Shown piece by piece: positions 41,659 to 55,465 of a stretch of 64,000 nucleotides of DNA. Below the pieces are notes generated by a model. The model saw only the letters and a program-made list of their open reading frames with translations. It had not been told where the DNA came from and did no database searches. Location: assembly GCA_964016885.1 (NCBI GenBank), contig OZ024743.1, positions 110,546,001 to 110,610,000 of the forward strand. The letters are read 5' to 3'. Within the stretch, counting starts at the first letter, position 1. Every line of letters starts with the position of its first letter. The DNA is from Eledone cirrhosa. Taxonomy: Eukaryota. The translations under genes were made by a program, and so were the position numbers.

Positions 41659-41827
41659 GATACTATATATAGCTATGTATATGCTATACTATAAATAACT
41701 ATAAACAGGAAAGGTCAGTAATATATTACTACCTTATTACCAGTAAGAGAAATAGCTGAATGTAAGAACATCAGGTGTTTTACAGAGCAGAATATAAATT
41801 ACAAATTATAAATTATAAATTAAACAA

Positions 41828-43466
41828 TTTATACAATTTGATATCAATTCATACTACACCTCTATTTCCCCTATCCTATTAAATAAGGCACTAATTATGG
41901 CCATGAACAATAGTGACCTAACTAGATTCCAAATTGATGTAATACTTGCGGCCCGAAAAACCATAATTACATTTAAAGATCAATTATAGACCCGCAAGGA
42001 TACGCATAACAACTTTGGCATAACTATGGGATCTAATGAAATTCATAAGAACCTATCCTCCATCAATGGTGGTTTATACCCGATGATGCACTACTCCATA
42101 TAGACTATAACAAATTTAATATAGAAAGAACTAGGAAACTATTACATAACATTTAAAAAAAATTCAACTTAAGTATCACCTTAGATAAAAACACTAAAAA
42201 CGTTAACTTCATTGATGCTACCCTTTACTTTGACACTAAAATATATACACCCTTTCATAAACCTAACGAAAAACTAATTTATGTGGATACCAAGTCTAAC
42301 CACCCTAAATCCATAGTAAACTCAATCACTAAAGGAATATCTAATAGAATCTCTAATCTATCATGTAACGAAACTATATTTAACAATAATTCCCAATACT
42401 ATAATCAGGCGTTAGTTAAATCAGGCCATAAACATGGGATCGAATTCTTACGTATAAAATCACATAGTTACAGCATTATTTCTCACAATATGGCGATGAG
42501 CAAAAATAATAAGAGTACTAGCCACTCTTACTCTAATACGAAGGGTAATATAAAACTTAACTCGCACCAAAGTAAACACCACAACAATATTATAAACAGA
42601 AATACCTCAAAAGATATTACAAAAAACAAAAGTAGAAGAACTAATACATTCTTCAATCCCCCTTTCAATCTAAACATCTCTACCAAATTGCCTAAGGCTT
42701 TCTTCTCAATCCTAGAAAAAAACTTCCCTTCTGGCCACAAATACACACACCATTAAAATAAAAACACCATTAAAATATCTTACTCTACCACACCTAACAT
42801 CGCATACCATATAGCTAGTAGTAATAAAAGGAAGATTAATAATTATTTCTAACTAATTAAAACAAAGCAGGGGGTAAACTTACAGAACAACATAATACCT
42901 ACAAACAATAGTAATAATAGTAATAACACTAATGAAATAAATAACAATTGGAACGACAACCATCATTATCCTAATGCTATCCATAGCAGCCAGACTTGTA
43001 CACAACATAATAACCGGCAAGCTAACATCCAAAATAAATGTAGCTGTAGATCAAATAGAACTTGCCCATTAGGTAATAATTGATTAATCAAAGACATCAT
43101 TTACTCTTGAACGGTCAACACAAACAACTCTTCTAAACTTATATTGGCTCTACTTCGAACTGCTTCAAGCCGAGATACAACTCGCACCTCTACTCTTTCA
43201 AAAAACACAATCTAGCCAACTCCACTTCACTATCTAGCTACATTCACTCTCTGAAAACTAGGAATAGAACATATACACTTCGATGGGAAGTAGTAGGTAG
43301 GGCTACATCGTATAAACCACCGAATACATTTTGTAACCTCTGTCTTCTAGAGACCCGTTCTATAATATTTTCGAAACTAAACCTCCTACATAAAAGGTCA
43401 GAGAAGTTTTCCTCGTGCCAGCACCACTATCGACACTCATTCCATAGCTTTAAACCTAGCCAGTAG
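41828..43466 (+). pseudogene. PLE RT + GIY-YIG polyprotein pseudogene
   Basis: FDINSYYTSI, ITMGS, GLY-DD (frameshifted), VNFIDATL, KPN..SNHP, RISNLS, FFNPPF, NTIKISYS, CSCR...CPLGNN*L, YIGSTS, CNLCLLE, CQH. Contains stops and frameshifts. Confidence 0.9.
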
Positions 43467-44707
43467 TTTATAACAATGTCAGATTTGAATTCCTCACTAC
43501 CATTAACACTTCACCTCTAAGACTTTTCTTCCCCCACAGCATCACACTTTCGATCTGCTCTTTCCTCTACACAAATCCTATTAATCTCAAACATTATACT
43601 CTACAATAACTATTAGAACTAAACATATAGTCACCACCTTTTAATATAAATACTTTAGCTTACTTTTAATATATACAGTAATTGATACATAATATGTATA
43701 GGCATTAAATGTAATATGTGACAATGAATTATATATATATTTATAATTAAATGTATAAATTAATAACATTGTATATAAAGGATTAAATTATTACATAAGT
43801 GATTTATCTAATTTAACATGTACACAGCTATACATTATTCCATATCTTGCCTAGTATTGGGTAGATAACAATCTAATGAAACCTTTAATATATTATGAGA
43901 GAGTAGACTGTATTTAAAATTAAATATAAATATATAACATTATGTAAAGGGGATTCAATTGTGACACTATATAATGTCTATTAGAGCAAACAATTTAAAT
44001 AATTTTAATGAGCTAGTTACCTCCCCTTACGTTCTCCTTAATGTTTTATCTCATATCCACTTCCGGATATTAAACCGTTGGAAAATCTCGCTGTAGAACG
44101 ACTCTTATCCAGGAATATGAATACAATAAGATCAAGTTACAATCCATTACTATAACTAACTAAACACATTCAATACAAACATTAACTAAAATATAACTTA
44201 ACATTAACTAAAATATAACTTAACATGGATGGGAAATTAGTAACTTTCATATTCTCCACACATACACATTTGAACTCTACAGTGACTATCAATGCATTAC
44301 ATCCTCCATAATACACTAACATATTCGCTTAAAGTGCTTGTATTGTATGTAATACCTTGCCATACACTATTCATATATGCCTATTACCTCTGCTTGTTTC
44401 CTTCTCATATATATGACTAACGCATGTGCAATCTCTACACTCTTGAATATGTACTTCTTTCTCAATGCCTCTTTAATTATTAGACTACTCTCTTGTATTA
44501 TCTGTCGCATGTATTCCACTTTGTGCTTTTAATTTGAATTTGAATTTGTATTTGAATTATTGTACAATTCTCGTTTAATATATATATATATGTCGCATCC
44601 ATTACACTCTGTAAATACTAATCTGTTGTTCACAACATCAATATATATGTATATGTATAGTTGTTCAGTGGAATAGGAGGTTAATTATATGTACAAATAT
44701 TGATAAT

Positions 44708-44752
44708 GCTCCGAGGAATCCAAACGAAAGTTTGGAAGAAACAATTGTCAGC
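44708..44752 (+). ncRNA. Minimal hammerhead with CCGAGGA core variant
   Basis: gct-CCGAGGA-a-tccaaac(gaaa)gtttgga-a-GAA-ACAATTGT-C|agc. Confidence 0.75.
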
Positions 44753-44806
44753 GATTAAATGATTTGAACACAACTTTGATACTTGTGTAATTTATATATA
44801 TATATA

Positions 44807-44987
44807 GCAAAAAGTATGACCCCGATGGCAGAGCCCAAGCCGTTTCGACGGCTATATATTCCGTCGAAAAGGCTTGAGCTCTGCCGTCGGGGTCATACTT
44901 TTTCCTATTTCCCACTCTACTACCCTAAGTATTGAGTACTCTGGTGCGTTATTTGTCCATCTGGTTCCTTACCACAATTCCTTTGTT
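44807..44987 (+). mobile_element. Family A mini fold-back
   Basis: gcaaaaagtatgacccc...ttcgacgg versus ccgtcgaaa...ggggtcatactttttcc, followed by the tail. Confidence 0.8.
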
Positions 44988-45058
44988 ATATATATATATA
45001 TATACTCTATATATACACATCTATATATAGATATACAAACTCACACGTAAATACATAT

Positions 45059-45690
45059 ATGAAATACCAATGATGGTTGGAAAATCACTGACGAAGGACT
45101 ATTTTTATCATATGTAACATATGTGCAACCACGCAATATTCTTCTTTCTTCTAATGTGTTTTATATATATTCACCTCGGCTGCGTTTGTCTGTTTCTCTC
45201 TTACTGCTTCCCGTTTTCTCTGTTTCTCTCACCTTCTTTCGCCCTCTCTGTCAGTTACACTTTCTCTCGACTGACCTCTTCCTCGCACTTCTACTCACTC
45301 ACTCTCTGTTTCTCTCCTTCTCACTTCCTCCCGTTTGTCTAACAGTGGGCCTCTTCTTGCTTACATCCCACTCACGTTGGATATGTCTATACCTTTCGCT
45401 CATGAAATCCACCCAGTATATGCTGACCAGGACTACCATGTTGCTTGTTTATTTCCTTTCTTTGGTTTGCTTTTATCCTTCTATGTTGTTCACTTGTCCC
45501 CCTCGCTTTACGCGATTTACTGGTCTCAATAACTTTTTTTAGTTATTGCTCGAACCAACCTGAGGTATCTGTTTTTTAATGCGATGAAATACCAATGATG
45601 GTTGGAAAATCACTGACGAAGGACTATTTTTATCATATGTAACCTATGTGAAACCACGCAGTATTCTTCTTTCTTCTCATGTTTTTATCC
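45059..45690 (+). repeat. ~105-bp direct repeat at 524-bp spacing, with CTGACGA motif (pLTR-like)
   Basis: atgaaataccaatgatggttggaaaatcaCTGACGAagg... at ~45059 and ~45584. Confidence 0.7.
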
Positions 45691-45699
45691 ATATATATA

Positions 45700-46626
45700 T
45701 ATGCACCTCCGCACACACTGACACACCGACTTTCTTCACTTACCATTCTACCAAACTGCTGCTATGCCCTTATCTCTGACCACCTCCCCGCACACACAGA
45801 CACACAACCCTCCTCCTGCCTTGACCCTCTTACCACTTCCTGTTGCGCGCGCACCCCACATTTCCCCCTCTTCCGACCAATCTCTTCACGGATTACACAT
45901 ATTGAACATCGATCCCTAGAATCCACCACATCCCAAGGATATTACCCAGCATTCCACCACATCCTCTACGGAACTACCTTAAGGACTCACCCACTGACAT
46001 ACACTCAAACACTTTTTTTCCCACACGCCACCTACATCCACAACACGCATAAACACCACACACACACGTGCGTACCACCACATATTTACACACTCACCCT
46101 CCGGAATCCTCTCCCCCAAACCCTCTGACCCCTCCCCATCCACACACGCACACACACTCCGACCTATACCCCACCCCACACACACCTCTTCCTAAACATG
46201 CAACCCCGTTCTTCCTCCAACTCTTACTTTCACGCACACACACACACGCACACACACACGTACACCTACACACACACCACCTTCAGCCCTCCCTACTCGG
46301 AAACCCCGCCTCCCTCTCCCCACTCCACCCGCCAACACCCCTACACACCCCACACCCTTTCATCACCTGTTTGCTTCATATTTATTTTTATTTTTATCAT
46401 GCTTTTATATTTAATTTCATTTGTACCGTTTCCTCTCACCCCTTTTTTCTATATGTCTCTCCACCACTCCCCTACACACGCTTGGAACTCTCTTCCCACA
46501 CACTTTTCACCTGAAGAAGGGCTTATGCCCGAAACGTCGTTCCCCACCACCACCCAACTCTCAAGAGCGTGAAACTAATAAACCTTTGTTCGTACTGCCT
46601 CTCTGTTTTGATCCCGTTCAATTTTT

Positions 46627-46630
<4 letters not shown>
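45700..46630 (+). mobile_element. PLE 3' remnant with minimal HHR at 46511-46538
   Basis: CTGAAGA-agggc(ttat)gccc-GAAACGTC is the classic Penelope pLTR hammerhead pattern; followed by aataaa and (TA)n. Confidence 0.65.
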
Positions 46631-46698
<68 letters not shown>

Positions 46699-47445
46699 GT
46701 ATCAAATATATAAAGTTTGGAAGTTATATATTAAAAAAAAAAACATTTTAGTAAACATTTCCAAACGAGAATAAACATTAATTTAATGACAACCTTTTGT
46801 CAAATGATTTTTCATTCTAGAAATATGGTTAAGAATGCTCGCTTTGAATGAAGTGATTCATGAAATGGGCGATGTAAAGTAAAACTGAATTGCTTCAGAA
46901 TTTTAGAAATATGATAGAAACGGAAACTAAACAAATATTCGGAGGAGAACTATATCGTAATTTATAACAGTCGATGGTGAAACCCTAAAGGAAATGAATT
47001 TGCCACGTAATAAAACACATGGAATTGTTATGTCAGTTAGTTTCTCATTTCCGTTTTCCAGTGATTCTCATGTCTTCGCGTGTCAATTGATAAGTTATGC
47101 TCTTTCCGGTGACGATTTCAATATATAATGTAACGTTTAAATATATATATATGTGAATATAATATATATTCGTAAATGCATACAAGCATACATACACGTT
47201 TACAGGCGCACAGATACACACGCAAAAGCACAGACATACACTCATACGCATACAAATATGTATGATTGTCAGTTTTTCAGTCTCTGTGCGTGGGGGAGTG
47301 ATAAAGACAGCTAAATGAAAATGCAGGGTTGTATTTCAAAGACAGAAAAACGTGTAACACAGTGTTTAAAGTGAAGATCTAAGATTCTACATATTTACTT
47401 TATATTTTCAGCTTCGTAAGACAACCACTCTATTTCTCCTTTTCT

Positions 47446-47521
<76 letters not shown>

Positions 47522-48642
47522 TCTCTCTCTCTATCTCTCTCGCCCTCTCTCTCTGTTTATCTATCCATCCACCTCTGTATATATATATACACACTCCTGC
47601 ATGCTTGCTTTCAAACACGCAATTCATTAACGTTCTATTCCCCCTTAAATCGCGGGTGAATTCGCTTTCCAAGGCAGTCTGCCATTGGCATGCATATAGG
47701 ACGTGATAGCAAAATGCATACACGTGCTGTGCTACGGAACCACAAGGCCGTTTCGGCTGCTGCCTCGCTTATGTCATAATCTCCTTAAAGTGATCAGTTC
47801 TCAGAGATGCGAAATCTTTGCTGCATATTCCCGGTCTTGAAAATATATTGGTTTGTTTCATTGTCCTTTGAAGATCATGTTAGTAGTTTTCTGGTTACTT
47901 TTAATTGTTGATCCTCATATAACATCATCGTACCTGCATAAGTGTCACTTTACAATATATATGAATATATAGATACAACAGTTAAAATAAGGCACCCTAC
48001 ATCTGTGTGAATGTGACGTCCGAAAAAGTATCCTCCACTATCAACTAACGTACCCTCCATCTCTGGCTCCCTTTCGAAAAGATGGGCTATGCATTAACTC
48101 GACTCGTAACCAACTTACATAAATTACAAACATATTTTTTACGGGACTAGAGCAACGAATAAAAGTATAATGAGCGAAATAGTATACGAATTAAAAAAGC
48201 TAAGCGATATATATGACACTGCTGATGCACTTTATCATTTGAAGCATAACCTCGTACATTCGAGCTCCTCTGCAAGATCGCAACATCAGCGGCCCGTCTG
48301 AGGATGAAGCCCTACGAGGTGGGATGACTGTTGCAGCGGGTGTCACTTGTCACTGTCCACGGGATTGCTTTCTCAGTATTGTCCGCGTAGCACAGCTCTT
48401 TAACCACCACACCCTAGGCCCAGAGCGCTATCATCCTCCCCATTCCTCTTTCTTTTTCTATTAAACTGTATTTACTTATTACATTCCATAAATAGTATTT
48501 TGAAAATCTAAGGAAATGATTCTGAACGTGGAGTTCACTCTCCCGGGGTGTTAGTTATGAACAATTTGATTGGCAAGTAGAATAACATGTTATGCACTTT
48601 TAAAATGCATTATATTATTACATAGTTATATATTATTTATAT

Positions 48643-48789
48643 TTCCAGCATAGTTACGTCCCTTTACGATCTGAGTTCAAATCCCGCCGAGGTTGACTTT
48701 GCCTTTCATCCTTACGGGGTCGATAAAATAAAGTACCAGTAATGAACTGGGTAATTGCTGGCATTGTGCCTAAAGTAGATACAATTATA
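48643..48789 (+). mobile_element. tRNA-derived SINE, 5'-truncated
   Basis: Near-identical to 18211-18355. Confidence 0.88.
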
Positions 48790-50156
48790 TTATTTCATAT
48801 ATATATATTCAATCCTTGACTTAGAATACGTACAGAATAGTGTACACATTTGTATTGTCATCATCTCGCGATGCAATGTACACAATAGAACATATTGAAT
48901 ATTACATATTTATCTGCAAATTGTTTTTATTACGAGGTACTGTGCTGTCAACCTAGCATCATTGTTATTGTTTAGACATATGTAATAAAGGTATATTCAA
49001 AGGTATTCCAATTCTCTTCTGTGTGGTATTATTAAAGACTACTTCAGCCAATGGGTTTCACTCTTTTATATGACGAAATCGGAGTGAGATTCAATCGGGA
49101 TAGAGTTGGTATTCAGCGACTTCATAGATACTTCTATTACTTTACTTCTGGCGTTGCCTAATATTTTCTAATAAAAACTCTCATTAATCACGCTAATCAA
49201 TATATCTGGCATAATTAACAAATCGTTGCAAAATTATGATATATGTTATTGTCTGTCACACATTTACGTCTCTGATTATGAAACTTTCAAGGAAATTGTA
49301 TGTGTAGATTGAAAACAATAAAGTTGTAATACTGCATAATGCTGGCCATCCTCGTCTAAGTAATTTTACCAATTACAACCAAGCTATTGTTGATATCTTT
49401 GCCTAATAAGTTTCCGTTTATTAATGCGGTAGATTTGGATTCCAAGGATTTAATTGCCATTTGCGGCATTCGAGTAAGAGAGAAGATAATGACATATTCG
49501 ATTGTATGTGGAAAATATATTTAATCGTTAACACAAAATGAAAGCAAAAGTAAATGCAAAAAAAATATAACAAAGTTGAAGAAACGAATAATAATCTATA
49601 TCATTGACACATTCTGGTTAATTTCAATAAAGATATTCAGCAGGTAATAACAACGTAGGTATAAATGTTACGTACTATTTACTACATTACTTCTTGATTG
49701 AATGATTCATGCAAGTATTTGAGAAACAATTACGGCAAATGATTAAAATATTTTCTTTTCTTCTTCGACGCCTATATACTGCTGAAAGCAAACCGTCAGA
49801 CATGCATTCTAGAGGATCCGATAAAAGATGCCTGTTTGGTGGCAAACACTTTCATGGACAACATATGTATAGTAAGGCAAGATAACTTATTATTGTGAAT
49901 GCTTATAAGGTATGAACAAATATGTATATAAGTAAATCGAGTAAAGTAATCGGAATAATATAAAAATATATTTTGCGCCTGAAATGGCGTGTGTAATTAA
50001 AGGGTTCAATTGTCCAAGTAGACAGAACGGCTATGATATTTTGAATTATATATATTTATTGTAATCTTCAGTAATTTGCTGTTTCTGAAACTGACATCTA
50101 CGACAATGCTCAATAATAATTGCTTTAAATAAATCTAACACACCACCACCACCACC

Positions 50157-50214
<58 letters not shown>

Positions 50215-50429
50215 GAGCTACTACTACTACTACCGATTCTGCTGCTACTGCTGCTGCTTCCATTCTTGCTGTTGCTACTAGTAATACAAGTACAACAGCA
50301 ACAGCAACAACTACATCTACTACATCCACCCAAATTAACAAATATACAAGGGGGCGTAGTCCTTACCTCTCTCCCCTAATATGAACTGAAAAAGTTGCTG
50401 AGGGATTGGCCAAAGAGGAAAGTATCACA

Positions 50430-52440
50430 CTTTAGTCCATTTAGGTGCATTCACCACACAACCTCTTTCGGTAAAGCCACGAGGCAGAGGAAAACTTTCT
50501 GTCCTTTGCGGCCAAAAGAGTGTTTGAGCGATAAAACCGGATCTATATAATACGAGATAATAGATTTTCGAGAAAATTTCACAATTCAGTAATGCACGGA
50601 CAAAGAATTGCATGTAGAACACTTTCGTCGCTTTGTAAGCATCTCGGACAGATCCATCTGAGTGCAGTTCCCTGCTTGTAGAGTTTATCGCGAGCCAGCA
50701 GTGTTCTTCTCTAGCACTGCCAAGCCGGATATTTCTGGAAGTTACCCATAGTCCGGGTGCTTGAAGCTGCTCGGGAAGAGACTATTCGGTTTGATTTCGT
50801 TCATACTCAGAGCCTCTCCTAATACGCCATTACACATGCTCACAATACGTCCTCTAGTGAACTCTTGTATCCTATTTCCACTGACGGCATTGCACAAGTG
50901 GTAGAAGGGAGTGAGCACCTGGCAACATTCCTGGATACCGCCAAGACTCGATTTTCACTCGACAAATGACTGCAGCTCAATCAAAGACACGAACTGCGGA
51001 AAGAGCTGCCTGATCTAGAGCAACCACACCCTTTCACTGGTTTGAAAGAACTGAAAGTATGGTAGCCTTATTGAGTGTTTCCTTGCCATCAGACAATGCA
51101 TGCCCACTCTCCTCGTAGAGGATGCTGGTCGCAGATAGAACGACACACCAATGGAACCTGACTCTTCTACAAGAAGCGTATGACCAGGCGTTCCATTTTG
51201 GTGAGATGTGGATAGAAGCAAAGTACGACGGTCAGGCGGTAATAAATAACTGATTCAATGTAGGAGTACCCCAACGTCACTCGTCCATTCAGGGAGAGCT
51301 TTATCTCGACCGATTTCTGGATGAGAATGGCAAACATTAACATTACATCTTCCCAGCCCTTATCCAACTGAATGTCTAGAAAAAAACACAACACCAAGCA
51401 ACTTCAGCGGCCCATACATGCCATGTTGAATGGCATGGATGTGCTTCTCCGTGTGTCAAGCTGCAAATCCAACGTCTTTTCCGGGTTGATCATTTCTCCA
51501 GTCAATCTTTTATATTACTCTAAGTTGCCGATCGCTGCGATATCTGATGATTTCGATACTGTCACAGTGACGTCATCTGCCTATACACACGCAGCCCTTC
51601 CACGTTACAGTTATTGTATGATGCCCTGTAAGAGATCCAGCTGCCACAGTAATGGCTTCCGAGTTAATATATACAGAAGGGAGGAGAGAAGGTCTCCTTG
51701 ATGGAACGATCGCTTTAACTGGAACGGTTCAGATGCCGCTGTGCATTATAAGAATCCAGTCTCTGAAGACAGGTGCGAAACCGTCGGGTTTGAGAACAAG
51801 GAGCTGGAATCTATGTTTGACCATATGGAAACATTTTTATTGGTCTAAATTGATCAATGACCGACCGAAGATAGGTGTATTCCCTAGTTGTTGTATGATG
51901 TATCGCTTCATGTGGATGTTGCCATGTATGGACTAAGTTGTTATTGCATACATCACCGCTTACCTTACAGGAAAAGACCCAACTTCGTTGCTATCATCTT
52001 GGCCAAAATCTTCAAAGCTGTGTTTAGCAGTTATGGACCAGAAATTGTCAATGTTCTCAACTTTCGTCATCAGTGTACTACACCCAAACACGCAGAAATG
52101 GGGATACTCCTGTTCTGCTTCGAGTTGCCGTAGACGGCTTCGATTACATTGGAGAAGATGCCAGGCTTAGTTGCGTAAATCATATAGGGCAATTTAAACC
52201 GGGCAATGTTCATCTCGTTGTAACCACCTAAACTTTCCGAAACTTGGCTGCTGTTATCGTTTTTTTTTGTTTATTTTTGCAGCACTTCAAATCAGACACT
52301 GAGAGTTTTACCTTGTTTTTCTTTTTTTTTATCAACAATTTACCAAACTTTCCTATGAATATAAGCTATGTTCGAGCGTGCCAAGTCGTGGAAAGGCATG
52401 TCTTCCATTTGGCGTGTTGTTGCATGAGTTCGTTCTGCCG
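50430..52440 (-). mobile_element. Decayed L1/Tx1-clade LINE ORF2 (RT and C-terminus)
   Basis: Minus remnants DNFWSIT..LNTALKILA, LINLDQ*KCF (for LDQSKAFD), RSFHQGDLLSSLLY, ADDVT. Confidence 0.8.
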
Positions 52441-52773
52441 TGGTAAATAGTGATGGAACCTCGGCTACTGGTGTTGCTGTTATTGTTAACGTTGTTGAGC
52501 TATTTATTTGTACTGTTTGCTGTGATGGTTGATATACTGCCATTCTGGGATTTGGCGCAGTAATGAGACAGGGCATCGCGTGTTTCGTGGTTGGGATAAC
52601 GCGTGTCTAACAAATTTTTGGGACAATGCCAGCAATTTGAAGGGAAAAGAAAAGGGAAAGTCGATTAAATAAACCTCAGAGTATTTCTGGTACTTTTTAA
52701 TCGACTGCTTAAAGACTATTATTACAAATAGTAGACAACCGTCGTGGTTAATACAGAAACCATTATTACAAAC

Positions 52774-52852
<79 letters not shown>

Positions 52853-52993
52853 TGAGGTGGAGGAGGAGGAGAAGAAGAAGAAGAAGAAGAAGAAGAAGAA
52901 GAAGAAGAAGAAGAAGAAGAAGAAGAAGAAGAAGAAGAAGAAGAAGAAGAAGAAGAAGAAGAAGAAGAAGAAGAAGAAGAAGAAGAAGAAGAA
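52774..52993. repeat. (TAG)n-(GAG)n-(AAG)n trinucleotide tract
   Basis: Direct reading. A (CAC)n/(TAC)n tract also lies at ~50140-50230. Confidence 0.95.
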
Positions 52994-54285
52994 ATTGAAA
53001 AACAACATTACTATTATGTATGTGTCTCACGTTGAAGAGCATGAAATTGAGAAAGAAAATAAGAGAACATTAGTGATAAGAAAACACTATGATTATTGAC
53101 AAAGTTCGGACAGTTCCGTATCCTATCTGCAGAGAAGAAGTTAGTGTAAACGCTCAATAAATGCAATCGTTTAGAAAATAAACACTATCAATCGGGTATG
53201 CTTTTCAGTATAATTGCAATTCATCGTTCGTTTCCGATTGACTGAATATAAGCACATTGATGATGATGTGTGCGGTGGTTTAAGTTTTACTCTAAACATA
53301 CAATTGATTCAGGTAGCTGCAAAAGCGACGGTCGTCTAGTCTGTAGCGCGTGAAAAATAACATCGTTACCGTCTGAGAGTCTCGATTATATGAACATAGA
53401 CCTAGCTGTAGTAACATAAATAGAAAGACTATATTGTTTATTTTGTTTCTTCCTTGTACTTGTTGATTCTTATACTTTATATCTTCACCATCACCACTAA
53501 CAAAATTACCACCATTACATCCAGTAACAACAACTTCGTTTAATTGAGTGATATTGAACGTCTGTAGACGCCATTAACATTGAGAGAAAGAAAATATAAG
53601 GCAGCAAATTGTTATGCAAATAATGAAACAGAATAGCCGAAAGTAAAAATGAAACTAAATCAGTCAAAATCCTACATCGCTCATATGCATTATGGGATAG
53701 AATGACAGACCTTCAATTCGTTGTATGCTTTCCTTTCAATACTCTAGCTTTTATTTTATATGTATTTATTGAAAGATTTGTTTTGCTTCGCTAACGGTTA
53801 CAAACAACAAAAACATGACAGATAAAACATTCAGAAATATGTATTAGGTATTAATGTTCTACACACATGGTCACTGATATATAAATTCTGACACATTGAG
53901 AGTTGCGTATAAACGAACGTTTATATATTTATGGTTTATATGTGTATATTTTCCTTTTCCATCATATACAAAGCAATAGACAATATAAGCACATATAGAC
54001 TCATATTAAATGAATTTCGAATATGTATACATTAATAATTAAACACACACCTCACATTCGTATGTTTTCAAAACATGAAAATATATGTAGTTTATACATT
54101 TTGTGAATACAACAAATATTTAGCCGTCATATATATATATAGGTGTGTGTATGTGTCAGTGTGTGTATGCGTGTGTGGCTGTGCTTCTGTGTATCTGTGT
54201 GTGAGTGTCTGCATGTATAAACATACATATATTTGTATATATATTTATATGCATATATATATATATATATATATATCTATATATA

Positions 54286-54423
54286 GGAACGAGTAGGACC
54301 CCGACGGCTGAGCTCAAGCCGTTTCGACGGCTAATTCTGGACTAAATTTAGTCCAGAAGTACCCTAAGTATTGAGTACGTTGGTGCGTTATGATCCATCT
54401 GGTTCCTTACCACATTTCCTTCG

Positions 54424-54425
<2 letters not shown>
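54286..54425 (+). mobile_element. Family A mini element
   Basis: ggaacgagtaggacccc...ctggactaaa-tttagtccag followed by a truncated tail. Confidence 0.85.
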
Positions 54426-54472
<47 letters not shown>

Positions 54473-54609
54473 TACATCTTTTTCCTGAAGGTTCTTTCAG
54501 AAAACAACACCAAATTTCACTACTAATCATATAAAAAAATTGAAAAAACAGAAGTAAGTTTTACCACAACGTTATGATTTTGTGTTGTTTTTTTCTATTC
54601 AAAAATTAG

Positions 54610-54669
54610 CAGTCTGATGAGGTCATAGCTTTGGCATAATTGTTATCACTGAAATGTATATAACACTGG
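54610..54669 (+). ncRNA. Degenerate family H hammerhead
   Basis: cagt-CTGATGA-ggtcatagc...gttatcact-GAAATGTATATA-ac-actg. Confidence 0.5.
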
Positions 54670-55073
54670 CTATGTATGAATTAAGTTAACTTTAACCTGT
54701 CAAATTACACTTCTAATATATGAATATACTCAGGAGTAAACATACACACATCCATATTCATGTGTCGGAATTAACCAACACATACGCGTATTAATCATAC
54801 ATTTATATATATGGAAGTGAGTGTGAGTATTCAATACCGAAGTAGAGTTTCAATAATCTTTATTATGCCTGTATGTTGAATCTCCAGAATAACAAGACTC
54901 AACACTTAACTATTAACAGAACGGGAATTAGAATATGTCTCATTTTATAGCATGCACATCCATAGCGATTATAGAGGTATCATTCATGTGGTTATATCCC
55001 AACTTAATAAATAGTTGTTCACGATCAGTGTATATATGTATCTCAGTATCATTATATGTTAGTAGGCGGGGAA

Positions 55074-55465
55074 GGGCGGTGGCTTGGCAGTATCGGTAAA
55101 GGTAAGGACACCATGCTCTGACGTATAGAGTTACGGCCCTTGCCATTCTTAGTTCAGATGCCGCCGAGGTTAACTTTGTCTTTCATCCTAACGGGGTCGA
55201 TAACATAAAGTACCAGTAATGCACTGGGTAATTTCCGGCCTTGTGCCAAGCGTAGAAACAATTATATATTAGTAGGCGGTGGATTGGCAGTATCGGTAAA
55301 GGATCGGACGCCATACTTTGCAGCGAACGTTACGGCGCTTTATGGTCTGTGTTCAAATCCCGCCGAGGTTAAATATGCCTTTCATCCTTACGGGGTCGAT
55401 AAAATAAAGTACCAGTAATACACTGAGATAATTGCTGGCCGTGTGCCAAAAGTAGAAACAATTAT
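55074..55465 (+). mobile_element. Two tandem full-length tRNA-derived SINEs (55074-55265, 55275-55465)
   Basis: Each has A and B boxes, the central domain and the gtagaaacaatta tail. Confidence 0.9.

Larger units (their letters stand above)
41828..44795 (+). mobile_element. Naiad-type PLE, 5'-truncated
   Basis: RT and endonuclease remnants, ~1.2-kb 3' UTR, terminal HHR at 44708-44752, then (TA)n. Confidence 0.88.

Noticed and set aside
43467-43620. SECIS element directly after the Naiad stop codon
   Set aside because: I could not find an RUGA...AA...GA kink-turn hairpin by eye.
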